Shown here: positions 11,381-23,324 of the stretch, one piece after another
How the letters are laid out: each line of letters opens with the position of its first letter
Position numbering within the stretch: position 1 is the first letter of the stretch
Source: Camelus dromedarius
Lineage: Eukaryota
DNA: 64,000 bases
Reading direction: 5' to 3'
NCBI RefSeq assembly: GCF_036321535.1
Contig: NC_087438.1
Coordinates: forward strand, 4,714,001 to 4,778,000
Notes under the pieces: generated by a model
Seen by the model: only the letters and a program-made list of their open reading frames with translations
What the model was told of the DNA's origin: nothing
Databases searched by the model: none
Position numbers and translations under genes: made by a program

Positions 11381-14300
11381 GCAGACATCATACCTAAACA
11401 GAGCTTCCCAGCTTTCATGCTGGGAATGACTCCGACGTCCCCTTGGTCTTTGGAGCTTCTGGAGCCCAGGCCTGCCAGCTCTTGCCTTCACCAGACTCAA
11501 TATTTATGCTAATGGGATGTGCAAATATAATTTTCTATGGGTGCCATGAAATTAAAACAATAAAAAAGTTTGGGAAGCATTGTGATGGCCAGATGGCTAG
11601 ATGTATCCCTGGTCTTTACTCAAATAGCCAGTAAGTATATAGAGAAATTCAAAGGAAACTTTAGATGATAAATATATTTTAAAAACCATGTCTCTTGGGA
11701 AGTGCAAACTCATATACGGATATGTTTAAGAAGTTGATACGAATAGCAAAATTAGAACATTCCATGTAAGTCAGTCTAGCTCTAGAAATGCCCGATGGCT
11801 ACATTTTCTATTAACATAGAGTTGGTTTCTAAGATAACTTTGTAAAGACACTGCTGTCTAAGCATAACGTCAGTATTGACCACGAATTTACAAGGAATGT
11901 CTCATTAGATTACATATAACGTTATATAAATACTTAGGAAAACAGTGTTCACACAAAGGAAATGTTCAACACTAAGTGATATTGGCACTGGCAGCTTTCA
12001 TATATACGTGCTAAGTCTCCAACTCCAAGCTATTTTGACTATGTGAGTTTGTGAATACGAGATCAGTAGTAACTTGACAGAATGGGGGATGTACAGAGTG
12101 GGGCAGCTTTGGAGAGCAGACGTGTCCCAGAGCAGTGCCTGAACGACCATGATGAGAGTGGGCCTGGAAGCTGTGTGCCAGGGCATGCCTGCCTGGATTC
12201 TGATCTGCCGTTGCCATTCACAGTGGAAACTGTGTTTGCTGCCTGGGCAGGACCTCTCCTTCGTATCTGCAGCCACACACCTACCTAGCCCCACCCAGTG
12301 GAACTGAATGCCACCCCCAGGTCTTCTCCTACACCAGGAGAGTGATCAGCCCCAGTTCTAGGAGCTCTTGATGAGTTTCTGTCTTACTTTTCGGAACTCG
12401 GCTGCAGTCTAGGCCAGCTTCTGGCAGCAGGTCCTGGCAATATTTAGTGCTGAATGCTAGACATTTTGTCATCTTGGTGACCTGCATTGCCTCTCACCTA
12501 CTAATCAACTCCGTGACTCTTGCTGCAGTCCAGAAAGAAGACGGCCCTTGTCAAAAGATCACTATTCTTTGTTTTAAGGCCATGTTGCCAGGAGCTATTT
12601 CTCTAAGCCAACCCAGACAATTGAACAGCAAAATTCAGAGAGCAGAGCAAGAATGCCATCCGCGCGGCGCTACTTGAGGTCTGCTTCTGCAAGGTCTTGG
12701 GACAGCCTGATGCTCAGTGTCGCCACCCTCTGGACACGGCCAGGTGGGTTATGGAGACAGTCTTCCCTCCACTGCATTAGCCCCTTGATTGTCTTGGGCG
12801 CTCCCGGTAACCTGATGGCTGATTTGACTTGCTAGTGTTTCCTCTGGCTATTCTCACACAGGGCCGCTTTGGGAACTAATGAAATAGTATGTGCGGAAAA
12901 TGAATGAGGAAACTATTTTACAAATTGTGAGTTTTAAATTCATTCGTATTATATCAGCAGGGAAATGACTCAATTCTTTTCATTGACAGTGACTGAGAAG
13001 GGCCATTGTATACACAGTCTGGACTGAAAAGAGCCCAGAAACTTGACTTCCCAAAATTTGGTTCCCATGCTCCTCCTGACACATATCTCTCACGGTGTTC
13101 TTGCCCGTGGTGGCTGAGAAGACAGCTCTAACCCTAAGCTTGCTTTCTTTTCCCGTCGGAAGCAGGACAATTCTCGGTTCTCGCTCTTGGTCTGGGAATA
13201 GAGGCTGTTTCCCATAGGTGGTGGTACCTGGTGTTTAATTGTGGCTCTTGGAGCCTCCTCTTGAGGAGGTTAGACGGCAGGCTGGTTCAGCTGGTTTTCA
13301 GCAGATGAGCTTCTGGACAGAGCATGACTAGGCAATGCTGTCTGCCTTGCGCAGCAGCATCCAAGCGGACTCTGCTTCCCCAGCCTGGCTGTTCGCTTTC
13401 ATCCCTTCTAGGGGAAGCAGGCTCTCCCTTTCCAGATTAATAGAGTCAGCACTTCCAGAAAGTGCTGTTGGCTCGCATTCTTGGACAGAGCTATGGTTTC
13501 TCAAATTGGTTCATCCAGTCTTATGACGAATATATTATGGGGAAATATGAATCCATTGCCTATCCATTTGCAAAACTTCTCTCCCAGCGTGCCTGGCTGC
13601 CACTGTCTTGAATAAGGAAGCTGATTTGGCTGCAAGTTTTGAGTGAGCAAAGTAAATTCATTTCATGGAAGATTTCAGATAAGCTTTTAGAATAGCAAAC
13701 CCTGAAGTTTTGGAGAAGGCTTAATTTTAGATTATAACTTGCTTTAATGAATTTGATGCAGTGTGCACACGTGGTATCCATGGATGCCTAGACAGTGCCA
13801 CAAGAAGTCTATGATAATGTTGTTGTCTCTAGGGAGATCGCAGATTGTAGAGACGGGACAACTGAAGACCGAGAAGGATGAACGGCAGCAATTTGGTTCA
13901 TGTTGATAGATTTGCGTGTTTCTCTTCTCTCTCACTCATCCTTTGAGGCCTATTTGCCCTTGGCAAGCCCACAATGAACAGAAACTAAGATTCACAGAAC
14001 TCATGATTTAGGTAAAGACTTCCTTCTGAGTGGGAGAAACATAAGACCCTTCTGATGTAGAGATCTGGAGGGCAAAAGGCAAGGGACTTAGAAGGCGGGC
14101 TGTCGTCATGGATGGACCCTCCTTGACCAGCACGCTCGCTCTCTCTCCCCTTTGTCTCTCACCTCTGGTATTTCTACCCTCAAGGAGTTTATACTAAATT
14201 CAGATCTTGTCCTGGTTTCAATAACAAAATGACATCTTCTCAAAAAGTACATCTTGTTTGAAGTTAAGAATTTGAAACTCCAGAAATAAGCTCGTTTACA

Positions 14301-16149
14301 TTTTCAAAGACAGAGAGCAAGTTAGATTACAGAATGTCTTTCCTCAGGTTCATTCGGTAGATCCTAGACCCAGGGTTATGCTCTTTTGAACACAAAACTG
14401 TTTTTTGCCCCCCAGGTTATCACCTGGATGGTTGTGTCCTCAGTGGTGGCAGCTGAGCCCCTCCACCTGGATGCCCAGAGAGCAGCTCAGCTCTCACTGG
14501 GGAATGTGCTTAATGACTGCTGGTCACTGATGATGGTTAGGAAAGCACACGACTGAGCTGAGTCTCCAGGGAATCCCACAGAGTCTTGTAATTTTAAAGT
14601 AGACATTTGAGCTTAGAGAAAATGAGAAAGAAAACTCCCAGTGCTTTCAAACACTAGGCGACAAATAATTTAAAAATTTCCATAGCACTGAGCAAGCAGT
14701 TTCAGCATTATAGGAAACAAGCAATGTGTTATCAGCTCTTTTGCACAAAGGAGGTTAGAACAAAGTTCATAACCCTGGAAGTTCTTTGTAACAAAATTGC
14801 AGTGTTTAGAGACAAAAATAACTGTCTGCCATGGAAAGCAATTTTTTGACACCTACTGTGATTGAAATGAAAGTCAACAAAACTCTCCCAGTAATGTGGT
14901 CTCGATCACTGAAATCTCAGCAAACACTGGACTCTTGAGTTAGCAAAGGAGGGCAGTTTAGAGTTGGAGCCCACTGTCCTGTAGAGACACTGAAACCTTG
15001 ACATTGATAGAAAGAAATTGTTGTTTCAGATGATCTAGCAGTATCTCCACCTCCGCTGAGCCAACGCACTTGCAGGCTGAGGAGACAGGGCGGGGGGCTG
15101 CCACGTGCACAGGCCCTGTCGGGTCTCCGTCAATCAGGGGCTTGTTCCAAGGACGGGCCCAGGCGCTGTGTCCCCACATGGTACTTGGTTCCTCAGCATG
15201 AGTGACAGATGGTGCCCTGATTATCGAGGTAGAGGGAACAACAAAAATGTAGTGAGTATTTCACTCCATTACCCTTTATCTTAGAAACCCACTAGGGAGA
15301 AATAAGAATTCAGTCACTGAATTAGGCTGGATTTTTTTTTTTTTTAAAAACATTCTTACTTATAGACCCACATGCAGAATAGGCCAGGCTGCATCAGGAC
15401 TGCCTCTCAGAAAAATGATAAGCGGATCTTTTGAGGTTAACAAAACAAACCCAAACAAAAACAATACCTTTCTGTTGTAGGACTTAAGGCATAAGGTAGT
15501 CGTCCCTCAAAACCTTCATTGAATACAAAGAGGTACATTTAGAGATCTGATGTTTCACAGACAGAAGCCCAAAGACATATACATGGTATTTAATCTCTAC
15601 TGGATATTAATAATATTATGCACTATTTATTATGTTTATTGTGTAGGTTATTTTAAAAGGTACGTCCAATGATCTTCTTCTCAAGGCTTACAAAACCTTC
15701 CTCCCGCATTGGAAGCCGTCTCTCTGGGCATTTCCTGCTCAGCGAAGCACGAGGTTACTCCGGTGGAGATCAGCACCCTGGGGGGCCTTGGTCCCCTGTG
15801 GGCATTCGTCTTTCTGAGGTGCCCCCTTCTCCGTCCCAGTGTTGCTGGGCCCACTGGGTTGCCTGGCCCTGTGCCAGTTAGTAAGTTGCTGGCTCTCAGT
15901 TCCCAGCACACCCTCCCGTGCTGCGCCCCCTGGAAACCGGGTGAGTGCTTTGCCAGCTGGCAGCCCTGCCCACAGGGGTGAAGACTGGGGAGTGGAGGAG
16001 GGGGGCGTGCCGCTTCTGCAGGTTCCCTTCCCGCCATCTTTAAGCCACCAAATTCCTTCACCCTGGCCGTGACAGCCACTTCCTGTAGAGTGGGGTCCAG
16101 TCTGTGGTTTTCTTTCCACACTTGATGAAAATGCATCTTATCACACCCT

Positions 16150-16540
16150 GTGCAGAGACACCAGCGCCAGCCAGGGGGTGACCCCTCCTCAGACGCCCGG
16201 GTGCACAGGGGACCCCTCTTCTGAGCTCATAGGCGCCCTCCTCTGAGGTCTGAGTTTCCGCTCTGCAGGGCTCTTCCTCCAAGCTTCCAAGTCCCCAGAA
16301 TTCCAATTTTCCCCTCAGCCTCGGTGGTGCTAGCTGCTTCCCCCTTTCAGGGAAGGACTGAGAGCTGGACGTGCCTCCCTCTGCGCCGAGCCCTGGGGGG
16401 GTTGCTGCAATGTCCACTCCGTGACCCCTCAGCGGTCTCTTTTTGCCTTTCTGGTGACCTAGTTAACAGTTCTTTAAACCTCGCCACCAGTTCTTTCTAT
16501 TCAGTCCTCTGTTGCATGAACTGCTGTGACGTGGGGGTCC
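16150..16540 (+). mobile_element. MER21/MER77-like ERVL LTR fragment interrupted by a 79-bp foreign insert (16341-16419)
   Basis: cccctcctcaga / ccctcctctgaggtctgagtttc repeats, ggtgctagctgcttcc and tttttgcctttc...cctagttaacagttcttt match the recalled MER21-type LTR 3' half. Confidence 0.6.
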
Positions 16541-18183
16541 TAACCCAGGATGTGAGTGACATCGCTAATGACCCTAAGCAAAATTCTTTCCTCAGCTTCC
16601 TCGGTAATAAAATTTGATCTAGTGAAACATTGCTCGTAGTGCTGACATCATATTCTCAACCTGCTACAAAAGGGTCAGAACACTGGCCGGAGGAGCCACT
16701 GCTATTGGTGAAGAGCCAGTCCGTCAGCCAGAACTCAAGGTGAAGAGTGGCAGAAGACCTAACCCTCCAGAAGAGGGAAGGCCTCGGCTCACTGGCCGCA
16801 GAATTCAGGCACAAGCCCTGCCTTCAAGCGCGGCTGGACCAGGGGCGCAGTGGAAGTTATGATGCCCTGATCTCGCTTTCCCGTCCCTGCCTCTGCCTTT
16901 CTCCCTGCTGGCTTCACGCTCAGGCAGGCTCTCTCTGTGATGTCAGGGCCGCGGCTGGCAGCTTCAGGCTCGTTCTTATGCTTTCTGCAACCCCAGCAGA
17001 GAGGTGCAGCCTCCGCTCTCAGCGTCCCCAGCCCAAGCCCTGCGATGATTTCAGTGGCTCTGGGTGCTGTGTCCATTCAGTGCCTTGCAGTGGGGCCAGA
17101 CCATGTTCTGATTGTTTAAGGCCAAGTGACCACACCTGCAGGGGGACGGGGGGAGCAGAGAGTAAGTGTCATCCAAATCACACAGACTAGAATGTGCTTG
17201 TGGCTCCCCCCCGCCTTCCCACAGAATCTAGGTGTTGTGACCAGACGATGGGGAGATGGATGCTAGCTGCAGAAGCAGCAGATGCCTCTCACAGCTGAGG
17301 CTCTGAATTAAGGAGAGAGAAGTGAGAAGGGCCATTGAGAGGCCCACTCAGATCTCCCCACAGAGAGCCCGCTCTGGGAGCATGACTGACTGACAGCCTC
17401 TGGATGCCGTGTTTGCGGACAGGGGTCCTGCCAGCCACACTCCCATTGGGCTGCTCCTGGTTGGTGACAGAGCACAGTGGGGGTCCTGGAACTGGGCTGT
17501 CCAGCTCACTGCAGGACTTCTCCATCAGGGAGTATCAGTTCAGGGCCCCTGCCTCCACCTGGCAAGGCTGTCCTGGTGCTGGGCCACCTGCGTCCTCTCC
17601 CCTCTCTTTCCATGGGAATCAGGCCTGCACTGTGGGCTGAGGCTCGCCGTGTCACCCCTGCGTTCTCCCCGTGATCCGCCACAGGCACCTCTAGTCACCT
17701 CTGCGGGTGTGATTGCTTCTTGGCGGCTGCTCCTCAGAGGACCTGAGCTGACACCGTCACGCACACACCTTTCACTGCTCTGTCCTCCCAATGGGGAGAC
17801 TCTGTATGTGCGCTTGGATTTTGGCTGATGGTCTGAAGGAGGCATTGCATTTCTCACTCGTGATGATGTCTGGTGGGGAAAGAAGAAAAAGGCTAAAGGC
17901 TAAATAATTTTTCTGCTGACCCAAAAGTACAGTGTTGAGGAAAGAGACTGGTCCTGAACAACACTCCCATTTAGCCATGCTCAGAGTCTCAACTTCTCGT
18001 CCGCTGTACAGGCCACATAAGCTCAGATGTGCACTGAGTTCATGGACTGTGACCAGAGGACGTGCTTATTCAGTGGGCTCGGCCGCTGTGAACAGAGCAG
18101 GGTCAGGGGACAACATTCCTCAGTGTCGCTCGCTGAGACACAGGGAGATGTTAACCCTCCCGCGGCCTTGCTGGTGCCGCCAG

Positions 18184-18256
18184 CTTTTATACTTTGCTGT
18201 TTAGTGGAAAGTATAAATCGTTGGCGACGTCTGCTTATGACGTCAGAGGCCACGTG
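18184..18256 (-). promoter_or_regulatory. Candidate TATA plus CRE plus E-box promoter module
   Basis: Minus-strand TATAAAAG at 18184-18191, full CRE TGACGTCA at 18238-18245, CACGTG at 18251-18256. Confidence 0.3.
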
Positions 18257-18489
18257 AGTTCCTAGTTCTGTCCTCACGGGCAGATATGCAGCTGGACAAG
18301 GCAACAATTCCTGGATCTTTGATTCAGAACTTTGTTCTCTGTTTTATTTTGATTATTATTGCCTAATTTGCACAACATACACACTTCCATGAACATCGGT
18401 GATAAACAATGTATTTCTTAGTGGAGACACTGTTCTACTTAAAAATAAATTCATCACAATTTTAAGCAGCAAACTGGAATATAGTCATC

Positions 18490-19322
18490 AAAACTGACCT
18501 AACTGGGCAAAGGGCTTGAACAGACATTTCTCCAGTGCAGATACACAAATGGCCAACAGGTGCCTGAAAAGAAGTTCATAATAAATGATAGTCCAGGAAG
18601 TGCAAATCAGAACCTCACAATGGCAAGGATGGCTGTTGTCACAAAAACAGAACACAACGATTGTTAGTGAGAACATGGAGAGATCAGAAATGTTGCACAC
18701 TGTTGATAGAAATGTGAAATGGTGCAGCCACTATGAAAAACAGTACAGAAGTTCTTAAAAAAATTAAAACAGAACCACCATACAATCCTGCAACCTCACT
18801 TCAGGATATTTATCCAAAAGAACTGAAATCAGGATCTCAAAGACACACCTGCCCTCCCATGGTCATTGCAGCGTTATTCACAATAGCCGCAATATGGAAA
18901 CAACCTAAATGCCCCTTGGAGGATAAATGGATAATGAAAATGTGGAATACACATACAATGGAATACTATTCAGCCACAAAAACAAGGAAGTCCTGCTATA
19001 TGCAGCAACATGAATGAACTGTGTGGACATTTTTTTAACTGCGACAAACCAGTAGAGAAAGACAAATAACTGCGTGAGTCTACTTATCTGAGGAATCTAA
19101 AATAGCCAAATGTGTAGAAGCAGAGAATAGAATGGGGGTTGCTACGGGCTGGGGAGAGGGGGAGTAGGGAGTTCCATGGGTATGACGTTTCAGATGCACA
19201 AGGAAAATTCTAGAGATCTGCTGTACAACATTGTGCCTATAGTTAATAACTCCGTGCTCTGCACTTAAACGTTTGTCGAGGGGGTAAATCGTGGTCTTAT
19301 CACAATTATAACAAAAAAGAAA
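18490..19322 (+). mobile_element. L1 (L1MA9/L1MB-like) ORF2 C-terminus plus 3' UTR, 5'-truncated
   Basis: ORF 18733..19017 PYNPAT..IYPKE..AALFTIAAIWKQPKCP..WIMKMW..TMEYYSA is the L1 ORF2 C-terminus. A-rich end near 19310. Confidence 0.92.
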
Positions 19323-20899
19323 GAATGCAAATCCTTGTGTGCTGTTCTATGAGTCGTGGTCCCCATTTTCTCTTAATTGATGACGTTTTTGCTTTCTGTT
19401 TGGGATGATTTTTGTCTTAGTTCTACTTAATGAGGCTCAGTCCACTTAGAAGATCGGTGGGAGGGACTGAGGAAGTGAATTCCCACCCATTCTAACGGGG
19501 AGTCTCTCTAGGTTGAAAAGGCTTTCCTAATTAGTAAGGAGAACATTTCTCCTCTGTGACCATGAGGCTGTGTCTACTTGAAGCTCCCAGGGCACTTGCA
19601 AGTGAAAAATAGAGCATCAGTAATTTGGTAAGAATTCAGAAAACAAAACTCTCTTTTCATCCAAGCCAACAACAGTATTTCTGTTTTTTTCTGTCCTTTC
19701 CAAGACCAGTTACTCTTGAGGGTTATTCAATGTTGGTCAAAATGTTTGTGGTGGTCAAAAATGTTTGTAACAAGTCAAAGGATTCTGTGGTATTATTTGT
19801 CATTTGTCTTTACACACATGGATAAAATCATACAAGAGTGGGCCAAGTGCTGTGTGTGTGTGTGTTAAGTTCAGGCTCAAATGAACATAAATGTACATGA
19901 GGTGAAGTAATTGTCAATCTGCACATTTTAACTTAAAACAGCTTCAGTTCTGCTACAATTTTAATATACTTTCTTCACATCTTGAAAATATAGTCTTGGA
20001 AATTATATTCCTAATGAAAATTAAGGCATCTCTTTCATTGCTAAACTACAATTGTCTTAAAAAATTGCATCTTCTCAACATGTGAACGATAACTTGATGC
20101 AATATTTAATTCCGAATTCCCTTATCTAGGTCCTTCTTATCCAGGATAACTTCCAGCTTTCTGATGAGTAAGAGTTCTGCAGTGTCAACATGCTGAGTAC
20201 AAGTAACTGGGAATTAACTTCCTGTCCAAAAATACTTGATTAATTTGATATACTTGAGGTCCTTCTATTATTCTCTGTAGATAAATTGATCACTTATACA
20301 GATTTTCCAAGTGTTTATTTTAAAAATAACCCTCATAATTGCCCTCAGACAATGGCTTGTAATTTTGTGTTTGAAAAATTACGGTCAGTGCAACCGTGGA
20401 GTAGCCTCAGGACTGAGTAGTTGCTGATTGATCTGGAAAGCGCACATCAGTCTTTGCCCTTAAATGGCACTGACCTTTTTTTGTTGTTGTTTGGTGTGGC
20501 TTTCCCTCTATGTACAATTTTACTCAGTTGGTTAAGAGGCATAGAATGATTTTTAATAATGAAATTCAGAGACACAGAGTTTAATTGACTCGACTGAGTG
20601 TTTTTAGCTCACAGGGGCGTGCTACTAAAGCAAGCAAGCAGCCTTCATTACACAGGTCGTCATCCATCAAGCCCCGATTTGCATTTCTGGAGGTCTTTAC
20701 CACCACTTTGATAAGAGCATGCCTTCATTCCCTGAATTTTATAGGCTGTCGTACAACTAGATTATGGCTCAAAGTTGACCAGGGTGGTTGAAGAATCATG
20801 ATTGAACAAATGGACACCTTCATTAGACATTAAGTGAGAAAGACTAGAGTTAGGGATGGAAAATTGTCATCTGCTTTGTTCAATTTTGTATAAAATACT

Positions 20900-22330
20900 A
20901 ATTTTTATCAAAGTGGTACATATGCACCTTTAACAGATTTATTATTAGAAAAAAGGCAGAACCAAACAGCGTTCTGCAGTGTGCTGTCCTCTGTCTTGGA
21001 GTCCTCTCCCCACCAAAAATCACTTCCATTTCTTTAGGCTGTTTCTTCACTTACTTGCTCCTTCTTCCTATGGCTTGAACTTCTAATTATAAGAATTTCT
21101 TTTGACTTCATATGACCAAAGATGAAGATTTAACACTGTCTTACCCACCCTCAACATAGACTCACTTTCCCAATCTTCCTGACCTAGTTATATGCCGGTT
21201 TTTGGTTGACAATATTCAGGGATGGCATTATCATGCCTGCATGAGCCATGTCCACCACTGAGCGGCCAAATACACTAGGCTTGGACGTCTTCTATTGGAT
21301 AACTTTCTGCCTCTGGTGTTAATCATGCCGTATATTTAATTAGCTTAGTTTTCTGTATACCGGAGGTTAACCCGTACCAGTCTCTCCAACTCACTAGGAA
21401 TCCATCCATTATTTTCATTTTTGTCCCCTAGAGATTCTCCCCTCAAGTTGTCCATCTTCCAAAGCTCCATTCTGGAGCTTTCTAGACCCCGCAGAGCTGG
21501 TTTTCCGAGGACCCACGTCAGCTCCACCCTGAGAATCCTTACTGTCTCTCTCTCCCTTGTGCTGGGGCCCTTGTTTCTCAGGCCCCGTGTTTCCTTCTTT
21601 CTTGGTAAACTGTCGTGTGTTGGGTTGAATCCCCCCGTGGCTTCCTGAGTGAGGATGTATGAAGTAAATATTTTAAAGCCCTTGCTTATTGGACAATTTC
21701 TTTTCTAGGTGTAGAATCCTGGTTTGGATATGTTTTTTCCTTCTGCATTTGAAGGTTCTGTTCATTGATTTCTAGCTTTCAGTCTCCCTATTGAGAAGCC
21801 TAATGCCATTATGATCTCTGATCCTCTGTTTTTGATTTTTGAGATAAATTTGGTGGATTAATCTTTCACAGTTACGTATCTTGGTGTGGGTCATTTTTTC
21901 AAATCCCTGGACTAGACATTTTGTGGGTCCTTTCAATCTGGGAAATCATATCCTTCCATTCTATGAAGTTATATTTGTATAGTTCATGTGATAATTCCTT
22001 TCTGTTATCATCTTTTAGAAATTCTATTATTTAGATTCTAAGCTTATCAAATTGATCTTATTTTCTGATATTATCTTCCTGTTTTCCATTTCTTTGTCCT
22101 TTTCTTTCTACTTTTTTGGGCCTGAGAAATTTTTTGACTTTTTCTCTAAGCTATTCTCCTGATCTCCTTTGACCCCCCCTTAGTCCTGCGCCCCACCCCT
22201 GTTGATATGTGGCTATCATTTTTAAAAAGCTCTTTGTTAATTCTCTGTGATTATTCTTTTAAATATTATTCTTAAAAATGTTATCATTCTTAAAAAATAC
22301 CATCCAATTTTTAATTGAAGCCATTCTTCT
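20900..22330 (-). mobile_element. Ancient HAL1/L1ME-type element
   Basis: Antisense motifs ctaggtgtagaatccttgg, ttgagaagcctaatgccattatgat and gggtcctttcaatctggga. Confidence 0.55.
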
Positions 22331-23029
22331 TTTATGAAATCATTTTTTAACACTTTTACTGAAGTCTAATATACACAGATACATTTATTTTAGGTTTGGG
22401 GATAAATTAAGGCAATGGAGCTTATTTCCAAGAATATATATATTTTTTAAAAGGATAGACAAGAAGGGTGAGATGTGAATGGAGTCAAGAATTAGGAGAA
22501 GTAGGAATTTAAGCCAAACATAGATGTGTGAATGTAAGTATCTGGCAATGGGCAGAAGTCCTGAGGTCATCGGACTTTCTATTGGATGTATGATGGAGAA
22601 CTTGAACTCATTCTACTTCATTCTCAAAGTTGTGACAGTTTTCGTCGACACCTGGGTCATAGCAAATATACATATATATCTCCATGTGTACATAATCACA
22701 CACACGTGCATATGTAACATCTATTTTTGGCTGAGTAGTTCTCCAACCTCTCCACACCCTCTATTGTCCTACGCACTCATGTGTGCACACAGCCACATGC
22801 ACCTGCTTTAACGATATCAGAATACACCTCATTTTCCACAGAAGTCTTTTCACTGTAGTCATGATGTCTTTATGGAACTGTACCCTTCATTCATCCTCTG
22901 CATGGGGAATTTTGACTAATGGGACCCAACTCAAACTGGAAAGAATTTTCTGAGGCTTCCAGGCAGAATTCACCTTTCCTTTCTCTGTGGTCATACAGTA
23001 TTCCAACTCCTAAGAATTGATTACCAATT

Positions 23030-23195
23030 TTGCTTTATTTAATTATCATAACAGCTATGTAAAGTAGCCATTGCTACTAATCTCATTGTATAGATGAAGA
23101 AACTGAGGCACAAAAGAGCTAGGTCCCCAGTCTGTGGTCCTACGCCAGTGAGAGAAAGAATCTTAGAACGTGAGCCCCAGTATTGTAATCTCATG
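23030..23195 (-). mobile_element. MIR SINE
   Basis: Core ctcattgtatagatgaagaaactgaggcaca. Confidence 0.7.
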
Positions 23196-23324
23196 TCCCA
23201 TGCCCTTCACAGGGGCTCCACTGGCTAGCAGTGTGTTACCTGGGCGATTTCTCAGGAAGGTTTACTCATTGATGTCTTCCTTGACGGTATTTTTTTTCAA
23301 TCATTCAGCATACCTGACAGATCC

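Noticed and set aside
15030..15180. Plus-strand exon candidate after ttgtttcag
   Set aside because: Weak donor (ATG|gtactt), short pyrimidine tract and an unrecognised peptide.
17860..17960. C-box (GTGATGA) and CTGA suggesting a C/D snoRNA
   Set aside because: No terminal stem and no recognisable rRNA guide.
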